Below are positions 8,611 through 17,470 of a DNA stretch of 64,000 nt, in pieces. The stretch is taken from the IMG/VR virus record IMGVR_UViG_3300028602_000011, positions 7,057 to 71,056 of that record. One strand, written 5' to 3'. Within the stretch, counting starts at the first letter, position 1, and each line of letters opens with the position of its first letter. The position numbers and the translations under genes were made by a program. This DNA is from a virus. Taxonomy: Duplodnaviria; Caudoviricetes. The notes below the pieces were generated by a model that ran no database searches, was not told where the DNA came from, and saw nothing but the letters and a program-made list of their open reading frames with translations.

Positions 8611-9320
8611 TGGTTTCCTCCTCTTGGAAGGTGCCTCCGCTTTGGGGAAATGATTCTTGTTGGATCATTGGCGGTGGCCCTTCCATATTAAAACAATTCA
8701 ATGTGCCAGATGATATTGCTCAGGCCATTCAAAAAAGGGAAGTGCCATTAAATACACTCTCCAAGTATATGGCACAAATTCATAATGATCATTGCATTGG
8801 TGTGAATACAGCATATTCTATAGGCACTTGGATTGATTTTAATTTTTTTGGGGATTTTAGTTGGTATTTAGCGCACGAAGAAAAATTACATAAACATCCA
8901 GGCACACCAGTATCTTGTAATGCTCGTTTCGAACATTCTTATTACGGTGTTAAATATTTACGAAAAGAAAAAAGATTTGGGTTATCAAATAAAAATGGTT
9001 TTGTTTGTTGGAATGGAAATAGTGGTGGTGCGGCAATAAATCTTGCTTTACACTTGGGCGTAAAAGAAATTAGGTTGCTTGGGTTTGATATGGATGTAGG
9101 TGCTAACCAGTACACACATTGGCATGGATATCATGAGGAGTTAGCGGCGTTACAACCAAAGGGCACTCCACGTAAGGGCACCAAACTCCCATACGAGCGT
9201 CACCTAAGATGTTTTAGCCGTATTGCAGAAGATGCTAAACGATTTAATATCCGTATTTTGAATTGTAATCCTGATAGCAAAATAACTGAATTTGAAAAAG
9301 TGTCTTTGGAGGAGTTGTGA
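8610..9320 (+). CDS. DUF115/MptE/Maf-like (sialyltransferase-fold) putative glycosyltransferase
   Basis: CWIIGGGPS, IGVN and NSGGAAINLALHLGVKEIRLLGFD motifs. Confidence 0.65.
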   Translation: MVSSSWKVPPLWGNDSCWIIGGGPSILKQFNVPDDIAQAIQKREVPLNTLSKYMAQIHNDHCIGVNTAYSIGTWIDFNFFGDFSWYLAHEEKLHKHPGTPVSCNARFEHSYYGVKYLRKEKRFGLSNKNGFVCWNGNSGGAAINLALHLGVKEIRLLGFDMDVGANQYTHWHGYHEELAALQPKGTPRKGTKLPYERHLRCFSRIAEDAKRFNIRILNCNPDSKITEFEKVSLEEL

Positions 9321-10012
9321 AAAGTCCTATCTTAATTACAGGTGCCGCTAGATCTGGGACATCTTTAGTCGCTGGCATTGTAAATTTATGTGGGGCTTTT
9401 GGTGGGAATTGTGTCGGTCCCAATAAATTTAATGCTAAAGGGATGTTCGAAAACCATGCAATCCGCCAGAATATTTTAAAGCCATACCTTGAATCACAAG
9501 GATACGATGCTTTGGGCCAATACCCACTCCCAAATACAAATGAATTGAGCATCCCCCAAGGTTTTAAAGATAGGGTTATGGCTTCTATAAAGAGTGAAGG
9601 GCTGGTAGAAGGCATGTCTTGGTTTTATAAGGGTGCTAAAATGTGTCAGATGTGGCCTGTTTGGAATTATGCTTTCCCTAATGCTAAATGGGTGATTGTG
9701 CGTAGAAGAACACCTGATATTGTTCGGTCCTGTGTACATACTGGGTTTATGAGGGCATTTTCCAATAAACAAAAACAAATCGCTGTTGGTGCCAACACGA
9801 TGGAAGAGGGTTGGTTGTGGTGGGTACGACAGCATGAAAAATATTTCGTAGATATGATACAAGCTGGTTTGAATTGCAAAGTAATCTGGCCAGAACGTAT
9901 GGTAGATGGTGATTATACACAGATGCATGAATTGATTGATTGGTTAGGTCTCGAATGGAATGGGGAAGTGTATAATTTCATTGAACCTAAATTATGGAGG
10001 GGTACTATATGA
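9317..10012 (+). CDS. Sulfotransferase-family protein
   Basis: N-terminal PILITGAARSGTS (5'-PSB loop) and AKWVIVRR..DIVRS (3'-PB-like) motifs. Confidence 0.7.
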   Translation: MKSPILITGAARSGTSLVAGIVNLCGAFGGNCVGPNKFNAKGMFENHAIRQNILKPYLESQGYDALGQYPLPNTNELSIPQGFKDRVMASIKSEGLVEGMSWFYKGAKMCQMWPVWNYAFPNAKWVIVRRRTPDIVRSCVHTGFMRAFSNKQKQIAVGANTMEEGWLWWVRQHEKYFVDMIQAGLNCKVIWPERMVDGDYTQMHELIDWLGLEWNGEVYNFIEPKLWRGTI

Positions 10013-10380
10013 GAACCAGTGCTACAGAAGTTGAAAAAATAATCGTAACAGGCTTGACTGAAGATGAAGTTGATTCGTATATTTTAAGTGCGAATACAAT
10101 GGTGACACAGGCTCTTGGTGATTCTGGTTTATCTGATAATGTACTAACTGAAATAGAAAAATGGCTTACTGCACATTTTATTGCATGCACACGAGTGCAA
10201 CAGGTTGCTGAAGGAACTGCTGGCCCTGCAAGTGTGAAGTACCAAGGCAAAACATATACGGGTATGTATGCTACATTCTATGGACAACAAGCCACTCTTA
10301 TGGATACAACGGGCACTCTAAAATCATTAGGTAGCAAAACGGCTTCTATGTATGCTGTTGGGAGTTTTGCAAATGGCTAA
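10009..10380 (+). CDS. Head-tail connector/adaptor
   Basis: IEKWLTAHF and TFYGQ motifs; position after the head genes. Confidence 0.7.
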   Translation: MRTSATEVEKIIVTGLTEDEVDSYILSANTMVTQALGDSGLSDNVLTEIEKWLTAHFIACTRVQQVAEGTAGPASVKYQGKTYTGMYATFYGQQATLMDTTGTLKSLGSKTASMYAVGSFANG

Positions 10381-10732
10381 TCCCTTACTTAATTTTATCG
10401 ATACTGTGTGTGTGCAAACTGCTGTGTATTGGGAACGAAAATCTTCAAATGGATATGGTGGTTTTACTTATGAAACTCCGGTTGAAATAAAATGCCGTTG
10501 GGATGCCAATTCTAAATTGGTGTTGAATGATAAAGGTGAGCAAGTTGTTATATCAGCTGAAATATTGGTAAATCAAGAATTAGATGTTGGTGGGTTGCTA
10601 TTTTTGGGAACACTGGACGATTTGGATTCTTCTTTGACGCATGAAGGGGTAGAAACACACCCAATAATTGCATTCCCAAAAAACCCATTATTCAAAAGTG
10701 CAACAGAATTCGTGAGAATGGCTTATGTCTAA
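10373..10732 (+). CDS. Head closure / head-tail joining protein
   Basis: QTAVYW...GYGG..YETPVEIKCRW; synteny. Confidence 0.65.
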   Translation: MANPLLNFIDTVCVQTAVYWERKSSNGYGGFTYETPVEIKCRWDANSKLVLNDKGEQVVISAEILVNQELDVGGLLFLGTLDDLDSSLTHEGVETHPIIAFPKNPLFKSATEFVRMAYV

Positions 10733-11210
10733 TCGCACTAGAGTTCGCGGCCTTGATAGATATGTTCGCCGCCTCAATAAAGAAATAAAGAAAATTGAAG
10801 GTGCTACTTTGGCCGGACTTATTAGTGCGGGTATTATTATTATTCGGTCAACAGAAAGAGATTCACCAGTTACACCAGTAGATACAGGCAATTTAAGAGC
10901 AAGTCGCTTTATGGTTACAGGAAGTGAAGTTAAATTTGGTTCTCGCCCACGATTTAAAACAGAAAATGCAGATAGGTTGCGTGCGGAACATAAAGCAACG
11001 ACACAAGGAAATATGGCGTTAGCAAAAATGATGAAACGCCCTGTTGTTATTCTTGGTTATTCTGCGTACTATGCAGCATACGTTCATGAAGCTGTTGGTG
11101 TTCAATTTAAACGGTCTGGTTCCGGTGCAAAGTTTTTTCAGTCTTCTATTCGCAAAAATACAAGTAAAATACTTGAAGCGATTAAAAAAGAGGTACAAAT
11201 CAAGATATGA
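10725..11210 (+). CDS. HK97 gp10-like tail completion/neck protein
   Basis: TPVDTGNLRAS, YAAYVHE and AKFF motifs. Confidence 0.8.
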   Translation: MSNRTRVRGLDRYVRRLNKEIKKIEGATLAGLISAGIIIIRSTERDSPVTPVDTGNLRASRFMVTGSEVKFGSRPRFKTENADRLRAEHKATTQGNMALAKMMKRPVVILGYSAYYAAYVHEAVGVQFKRSGSGAKFFQSSIRKNTSKILEAIKKEVQIKI

Positions 11211-11608
11211 ATGCTACCAGTATAGACATAAAAGACATGTTGCAGGATAACTTAACACTGGGATTGATTTTTGGTACTAATTTATTTGTCGGATACGAAC
11301 CAAATAAACCTGATTCCTGTGTAACTATTTACGATACACCGGGATTTCCTTGTGGTTTGGCCATGGACGGAGATACGGGTTATGAATATCCTGCTGTGCA
11401 AATATCAATTCGTTCTAGTGATTATGTAGAAGGGTTTAATATGGCACAGAGCATAAAAGAATTTTTACATGGTACAAACCATACCATAAGAAATAATGCA
11501 CAGTATCAGGTAATGAATTGCATGTGTGCACCATTTATGTTAAACAGGGATGAAAATAGGCGCGTGCGATTTGTAGTCAATTTTGATATACAGCGCAGTT
11601 CAATTTAA
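11207..11608 (+). CDS. Tail terminator / minor structural protein
   Basis: PDSCVTIYDTPG and YPAVQISIRS; immediately before the tail tube gene. Confidence 0.7.
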   Translation: MNATSIDIKDMLQDNLTLGLIFGTNLFVGYEPNKPDSCVTIYDTPGFPCGLAMDGDTGYEYPAVQISIRSSDYVEGFNMAQSIKEFLHGTNHTIRNNAQYQVMNCMCAPFMLNRDENRRVRFVVNFDIQRSSI

Positions 11609-11624
11609 TTAGGAGGATATATTT

Positions 11625-12059
11625 ATGGCAGTCGCAGGTGTTGGAACAAGTTTAAATCGATGGAGTGGTACGGCTTGGGAACAGCTTGGAGAAGTAACTG
11701 ATATCAGTGGTCCGGGTATGTCTCGTGCAACAATTGATACTACACATCTTGCTACAGAAGGCGGATATCGTACATTTATTACAGGTTTTCGGGATGCCGG
11801 TTCGTTGACATTCACCATGAACTTTAACCGTGACGCATACGATTTGCTCAAATCCGATTTTGAATCTGATGTAGCTGTTGCGTATGAAATGGTTCTGCCG
11901 GACGATGAGAAAACTTCATTTGAATTCAGTGGCTTGGTAACGGAGATTCCTCTTACGGTGCCCACGGATGATAAAATTTCTGTGGCTGTTACCATTAAAA
12001 TCAGTGGTGTTGTTACGGTCAATTCAGGTGCTGGTTCAGTGACGAATCCGGTTACGTAA
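11625..12059 (+). CDS. Major tail (tube) protein
   Basis: GEVTDISGPGMSRATIDTTHL and GFRDAGSLTFTMNF motifs. Confidence 0.85.
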   Translation: MAVAGVGTSLNRWSGTAWEQLGEVTDISGPGMSRATIDTTHLATEGGYRTFITGFRDAGSLTFTMNFNRDAYDLLKSDFESDVAVAYEMVLPDDEKTSFEFSGLVTEIPLTVPTDDKISVAVTIKISGVVTVNSGAGSVTNPVT

Positions 12060-12121
12060 GTAATTTTTAAGTCTGTCTTAATCATAGGCAGACTAAACCT
12101 ATTATTTTAAGGAGATTAATC

Positions 12122-12514
12122 ATGTCTATTGCTACTCTTACTCGTTCTGCTTTTATGGCTATTCCCACCCCCGAAGTTGAAACACATTATATTGAAGAAG
12201 TAGGCTGTGATGTTTGTTTTAAACAAATGACCGCACAAGAATTGGATTCATATGATTGGTCCTTGGTTAAGTTTGAAATAGACAAAGAAACGGGCATTGA
12301 AAATATCACCAGACGTACTGACAACACCAAAGCAAAATATCTTGTTCGTTGTTTGTGTGATGCAGATGGTGTGCGTTTGTTTACTGATGATGAATATCTG
12401 TTGCTTGGTCAGAAGCCTCCCAAAGTAATCAATGCACTTCATAAAAAAGCCCAGGAAGTGAATGGCATTATTGCTGGGAAACCAGCTGAAAAAAACTTAG
12501 ACACCGAGAAATAA
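12122..12514 (+). CDS. Tail assembly chaperone (gpG-like)
   Basis: Between tube and tape measure genes; ends at an A AAA AAC slippery site. Confidence 0.8.
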   Translation: MSIATLTRSAFMAIPTPEVETHYIEEVGCDVCFKQMTAQELDSYDWSLVKFEIDKETGIENITRRTDNTKAKYLVRCLCDADGVRLFTDDEYLLLGQKPPKVINALHKKAQEVNGIIAGKPAEKNLDTEK

Positions 12515-12855
12515 GAATATTTGCATTTCGATTATGCTTATCTCTCGGGTATCCCCATCCTGATTATTTATTGTCTGTATTAACAGCAAAGCAATTACAA
12601 GAATGGTTCGAATATTATGAAATAGAGCCGTTTGGTAGTGTGAATGAAGATGCTCAATCTGCATATACAAGACAAACAATAGCTGTTGCAAATGGTATGT
12701 CGAAGATTGATAAAAAACCATTTACAATATCAGATTGGTCTTTGTTGATGCCACAGAAAAAAAGTGAAAAGAAATCAGTTGGAAAAACAACAGATCAAAT
12801 AAAAGAAATCATGATGGCTGTAGCACAAGTTCAAAATAAAAAGAGGTCCAAATGA
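12490..12855 (+). CDS. -1 frameshift extension (gpT part of gpGT)
   Basis: The -1 frame is open from the slippery heptamer 12490-12496 (KKLRHREIRIFAFRLCLSLG...EWFEYYEIEPFG) to 12855. Confidence 0.8.
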   Translation, partial: KKLRHREIRIFAFRLCLSLGYPHPDYLLSVLTAKQLQEWFEYYEIEPFGSVNEDAQSAYTRQTIAVANGMSKIDKKPFTISDWSLLMPQKKSEKKSVGKTTDQIKEIMMAVAQVQNKKRSK

Positions 12856-15800
12856 ATATAGGCGAATTGACTGCGATGATTGGTGCGGATATTCGTGATT
12901 TAAAAACATCCGCCGCACAAGCAGAAAAAATCATGTCCGAGTATGCAAGGCATGTAGATAGAGAGCTTAAAAAATCGGACCAAGATTGGAAAACTTCTGC
13001 TACAGTTGTCAATACACAAACAAAGAAGATGCAATCTGACATTGAGCGCACTTCGACATCCTTGCAAAGTATGAAAAAACACGCATTAGGATTGCGAAGT
13101 GCGCTTTCTCTTATTGGGTCTGCTTTAGTTTTGAAAAATTTATTCGATGTAGGTAAAGAAGTATCTATGTTGAATATTTCGTTCGAAGCTGTTTTTGGAT
13201 CTGCCCAAAAAGCCGCATCTGAAATGGCGTATGTCAAAAAAGTTTCAGATGACATGGGTCAGAATCTATATGTTGTTGCAAAACAGTTCAAAGGATTGTC
13301 AGCCGCCGCCATGAATACCGTAATGGAGGGGCAGGGTGTACATGACATTTTCCGTGCTATTACAAAAGCATCTGCCAGTTTGGGATTGTCTTCATACGAA
13401 ACAGAAGGTGCTTTGTATGCTGTTCAGCAGATGATTTCAAAAGGTACAGTACAATCAGAAGAGTTACGTGGTCAGTTGGGTGAGCGTCTTCCCGGTGCTT
13501 TTAGAATGGCCGCAGAAGCAATGGGAATGACCCAAAAGGAATTGGGTAAAGCACTTGAAATGGGGCAAATCATGGCAACAGATTTGCTTCCCAAATTGGC
13601 TCGTGTGTTAGAATCTACATTTACTGGAAAAGTGTCTGCCGCTGTCGCCGCGAGTAACAAACTTGCAGAGGGTTGGAAGACACTTAGGTGGAATATAGCA
13701 AAGTCAGGTTTTTTAGAGGAAGCGGCGGGGAGTGTCATGGCACTGGCACAAAGTATGGACTCCCCAGCAATGCAAAGCTCTTTGGCAGAACTTGGTCAGG
13801 GGCTTGGTGATATGATTGGGCAGTTACGCCCGTTGATTCCTTTGGTTAGTAGTTTTACATCAGCTTTATCTGGTGTTGTTTCAGGTATTGCTAGTATCGG
13901 TACAGCATACGCCGCACTCCCATCAGAAATTACGGCTGGTGTTGGTACAGGGCTTATCATGCGTGTGTTATGTGGTTCAACCCCTGTTGCAATGGCTGTT
14001 GCAATGCTTGTGACTTTAGAAAAGTCAATGAAAGCTGTAAATGAACAAATAAAAAATGCAACTGCAGAAGGGTGGATATCACAGTGGGATTTTTCATTGC
14101 CCACGCTAAAAGAAATGACAAGTGTTATCAACAGATTGGCCACAGCATTAGAAAATTTAAGAAAGGCCGGAAAGGGTGATCGGGATTTAAATACGGGTGA
14201 AATAACTGCACAAGGTAAAATCAACGAAAACAAAGATCATATTGCAAATGCACGTGATAAATATGCTGGTACTTGGTCTCAATATGATGCTGAATTGCAA
14301 TTACAAGCTGATAGAGCAGATAAAGCATATACAGATGCAAAAAATAAACGTGCGGACGATATGTACTCGAAGTATTATGCGCATATCATTGCAATGGGTG
14401 AGGCATCTGCAGGGCTTACCAAGAAACAAATGGAAGACGAACGTAAATTTTACAAACAATTAGATATATTGCAGGGCACTTCCTATGAAAAAGAATTAAG
14501 AGCATTAAAGGCAGAAGAACAGTCCAATATTGGCAAACTGCAAAATGATTTAGCCGCACATGAAATGTTTTTGTTACAGAAACAAAAGCTGGATGATAAA
14601 TACAAGGAAAGCCGTGTGCTTTCTCCTGATATGTATTCTGCAGAAGAAAGCCGTGCGGCGGCATCAAATGTAATTAGTAATATGCCTGATTATGATATTA
14701 AGGTGGCCGCACACCAAGGAATCGATTTAGTAGCACTTCGAAAAGATTATGCAAAGCAAGCAGAATTAGATAAGAAAGCAGATGAAGCCAGAATTAAGGA
14801 GGCTAAAGTCGCACATGATGCAAAAATCGAGTTAGAATCTGATTGGTCTGATAAATATGTAACTGTTACTGCTACAACAACAGATAGAGCTTTATATTTT
14901 TTGAAAAAAGAATATGATGGCTATGCCAGTTTAACAGACCATAAAAAAGAAATAGCACAAGCATATGAAATTGAAAAACAAGCAATTCTGGATGCCGGTA
15001 ATGCTGAGGAAATTGCTAAAAAGAAACAGTTCTGGGAAACCCATGATAAACTGACGATGTCTTCATACCAGTACCAAAAACAAATATTAGATGCTGAGTA
15101 TGCTGAGTATTCTAAATATATTACAGATAAAACAGCATTAAATGAATTTTATAATGCTCGATTACAAGAATTACAAGTAAATGAATTAGAATTACAAAAA
15201 ACAGCATTGGATGGATTTGAAGATGGTTTGGAACAGGTAAGAAAAACGGCTGGTTGGACTTTTGATAATGTAAAATCCACAACAGTATCTGCTTTTTCAG
15301 GAATGACGGATGCTATTACAGATTTTTGTATGACTGGAAAGATTTCTTTTTCAGATTTTGCTGAAAGCATTATAAAAGATATGGTTAAGATGCAGATACA
15401 AGCTCAAGTAACTGCTCCGTTAGCTTCAGGACTTTCTTCTATAGCTGGTTCAATAGGAAATAGCCTTGTTAATGCTTACTACGGAAATGTCAGTGCTGTT
15501 GGTTCTGCTGGACCTTTGCCACAGGCAAAAGGAAATGTTTTCCAAAGTCCTTCCCTACACGAATACGCTAATACAGTCCAGACAAGTCCAAAGACGTTTG
15601 CTTTTGCAAATGGTGGGGTATTTGCTGAAGCTGGTCCTGAAGCTATCATGCCTCTAACAAAGGGATCTGATGGAAAACTTGGAGTGTATGCTTCAGGATC
15701 ATCTGGTGATACATATATTACGTATAATGTGGATGCGACAAACGCGCAAAGCGGAGTTGAGGAGGCTATCATAACGGCCTTGCAGGATTTGAACAATAAC

Positions 15801-15881
15801 TTGGAAAAAAGAGCACTTAAAGCTGTCGTTAGCGCGGCAAATCGTGGTGGTAATTTTGCAAAAGCTGTGGGGAGAACGTAA
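12852..15881 (+). CDS. Tape measure protein (1009 aa)
   Basis: SKGTVQSEELRGQLGE N-terminal tape-measure domain, long helical body, and AEAGPEAIMPL C-terminal motif. Confidence 0.92.
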   Translation: MNIGELTAMIGADIRDLKTSAAQAEKIMSEYARHVDRELKKSDQDWKTSATVVNTQTKKMQSDIERTSTSLQSMKKHALGLRSALSLIGSALVLKNLFDVGKEVSMLNISFEAVFGSAQKAASEMAYVKKVSDDMGQNLYVVAKQFKGLSAAAMNTVMEGQGVHDIFRAITKASASLGLSSYETEGALYAVQQMISKGTVQSEELRGQLGERLPGAFRMAAEAMGMTQKELGKALEMGQIMATDLLPKLARVLESTFTGKVSAAVAASNKLAEGWKTLRWNIAKSGFLEEAAGSVMALAQSMDSPAMQSSLAELGQGLGDMIGQLRPLIPLVSSFTSALSGVVSGIASIGTAYAALPSEITAGVGTGLIMRVLCGSTPVAMAVAMLVTLEKSMKAVNEQIKNATAEGWISQWDFSLPTLKEMTSVINRLATALENLRKAGKGDRDLNTGEITAQGKINENKDHIANARDKYAGTWSQYDAELQLQADRADKAYTDAKNKRADDMYSKYYAHIIAMGEASAGLTKKQMEDERKFYKQLDILQGTSYEKELRALKAEEQSNIGKLQNDLAAHEMFLLQKQKLDDKYKESRVLSPDMYSAEESRAAASNVISNMPDYDIKVAAHQGIDLVALRKDYAKQAELDKKADEARIKEAKVAHDAKIELESDWSDKYVTVTATTTDRALYFLKKEYDGYASLTDHKKEIAQAYEIEKQAILDAGNAEEIAKKKQFWETHDKLTMSSYQYQKQILDAEYAEYSKYITDKTALNEFYNARLQELQVNELELQKTALDGFEDGLEQVRKTAGWTFDNVKSTTVSAFSGMTDAITDFCMTGKISFSDFAESIIKDMVKMQIQAQVTAPLASGLSSIAGSIGNSLVNAYYGNVSAVGSAGPLPQAKGNVFQSPSLHEYANTVQTSPKTFAFANGGVFAEAGPEAIMPLTKGSDGKLGVYASGSSGDTYITYNVDATNAQSGVEEAIITALQDLNNNLEKRALKAVVSAANRGGNFAKAVGRT

Positions 15882-16504
15882 TGATTATATTAACATGGCC
15901 ATCTGATATGTATGTATCACAATTATCTTGGTATCTTGAATATAATACGACAACATTTACATCACCATTAACCAAATCAGTACAAACAATAGAAATGCCC
16001 GGTTCAAGATGGAAAGCTTCAGCAACAATAAAAAATTTAACAAGAGCACAATGGAATCCTTTTAGTGCTTTTTTATCATCATTGCGTGGGCAATCCGGTC
16101 GATTTTATTTTAGTCCTACAATGGGGGCAACTCCGATATATAATTTTACCCCTTCCAAGACGATAATAGTATCTGGTTCAGGGCAGACTGGAAATTCTCT
16201 TTTAACAACAGGTTGGGCGAGTAAATCTACGGTTTTACGAGCTGGGGATTATTTTAGTGTAGTAACACCAATAGGAAGAGAATTAAAACAAATAACTTCT
16301 GATGCTGTAAGTACTGATGCTGGTGCGGCTAACTTGACTTTTGTCCCTAATTTACGTAATAGTCCTATAGACGGAGCGGCTATAACTTTGGACTCTCCTT
16401 CATGCATTATGAAACTTGATGATGACGCGCAGACACAAGGAACATATACATCAGGACCGTTTGGGGCTTTTACTATATCAATGACAGAGGTTATATATGC
16501 GTAG
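15881..16504 (+). CDS. Distal tail protein
   Basis: Follows the tape measure gene; TFTSPLTKSVQT...GSRWKA. Confidence 0.7.
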   Translation: MIILTWPSDMYVSQLSWYLEYNTTTFTSPLTKSVQTIEMPGSRWKASATIKNLTRAQWNPFSAFLSSLRGQSGRFYFSPTMGATPIYNFTPSKTIIVSGSGQTGNSLLTTGWASKSTVLRAGDYFSVVTPIGRELKQITSDAVSTDAGAANLTFVPNLRNSPIDGAAITLDSPSCIMKLDDDAQTQGTYTSGPFGAFTISMTEVIYA

Positions 16505-17057
16505 TATATCAGATGATAGCAAGACGGCGGTTGCAAGTGATGTAGTTTATCCAATATATCTTGTTTATCTTGAAACAGGTACAGCTGGAGAAGAAATATA
16601 TTTGTCCTCGACGCCCTACGATATTGAATATAACGGAAACACGTTCCTAGGGGTCGGAACTCTTGGAAAAATTGGAGACATCACGGAAGGCTCGGAAATC
16701 CAAAGTTATAACTTAAATCTTACACTTTCGGGGATACCGAATAGCATTATCTTTGAAGCCTTTGAAACAACGATGCAGAATAAAGTCTGCAAAGTCTGGA
16801 TGGGGCTTTTAAATAGTGCCGGAGTTTTTGACGGTAATCCTGTGCTTATGTTTAGCGGGAAAACCGACACAATGGAGATTGAGCTAGGCGAAACGGCCAC
16901 GATTACCCTTAGTGCCGAATCAAGACTCGTTGATTGGGAGCGTGCTAGAACATCACTTTATACTGATGCCTCTCAGAAAAAGAACTGGCCGTCTGACAAA
17001 GGTTTTGAGTTCGTCGAGGCTACGTCTGAAGCCGAAATCATATGGGGGCAAGCATAA
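16497..17057 (+). CDS. Tail tip protein (gpL-like)
   Basis: FLGVGTLGKIGDITE and AESRLVDWER..Q...W motifs. Confidence 0.65.
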   Translation: MRSISDDSKTAVASDVVYPIYLVYLETGTAGEEIYLSSTPYDIEYNGNTFLGVGTLGKIGDITEGSEIQSYNLNLTLSGIPNSIIFEAFETTMQNKVCKVWMGLLNSAGVFDGNPVLMFSGKTDTMEIELGETATITLSAESRLVDWERARTSLYTDASQKKNWPSDKGFEFVEATSEAEIIWGQA

Positions 17058-17470
17058 TGAAAAGATATGAAAATTGGGAAATGTTTTTGTTCAAGGCCGT
17101 TGATAGGGAAAAGAAAAAACCTTTTTCTTACGGAACACATGACTGTGTTCTTTTAGCCTCTAGGCTTATAGAATCCATGACAGGGGAAGACATTGCAGCT
17201 CCTATGCGGGGGACATATACAACTGCACTCGGTGCTTTAAAGATCATGAAAAAGGAATATGGTGTAGATAATGTGTGTGATCTTGCTAGCTTATTTCTTC
17301 CTGAAATAGAGATAAAAAAAGCAAAGCGTGGGGATGTTATTTTTTATAAGGATGAGAAAAATCCAGTCGGAGCTTTGGGCGTAATCCTTGGAGAAAATGC
17401 TATCATTCCTTCAGATGATCATTGCATATATGTCCCGGTTTCTAAATGCCTACGGGCTTGGGTGGTTTAA
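17057..17470 (+). CDS. Tail tip assembly protein with NlpC/P60-like Cys/His remnant
   Basis: FSYGTHDCVLLA and AKRGDV motifs. Confidence 0.65.
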   Translation: MKRYENWEMFLFKAVDREKKKPFSYGTHDCVLLASRLIESMTGEDIAAPMRGTYTTALGALKIMKKEYGVDNVCDLASLFLPEIEIKKAKRGDVIFYKDEKNPVGALGVILGENAIIPSDDHCIYVPVSKCLRAWVV

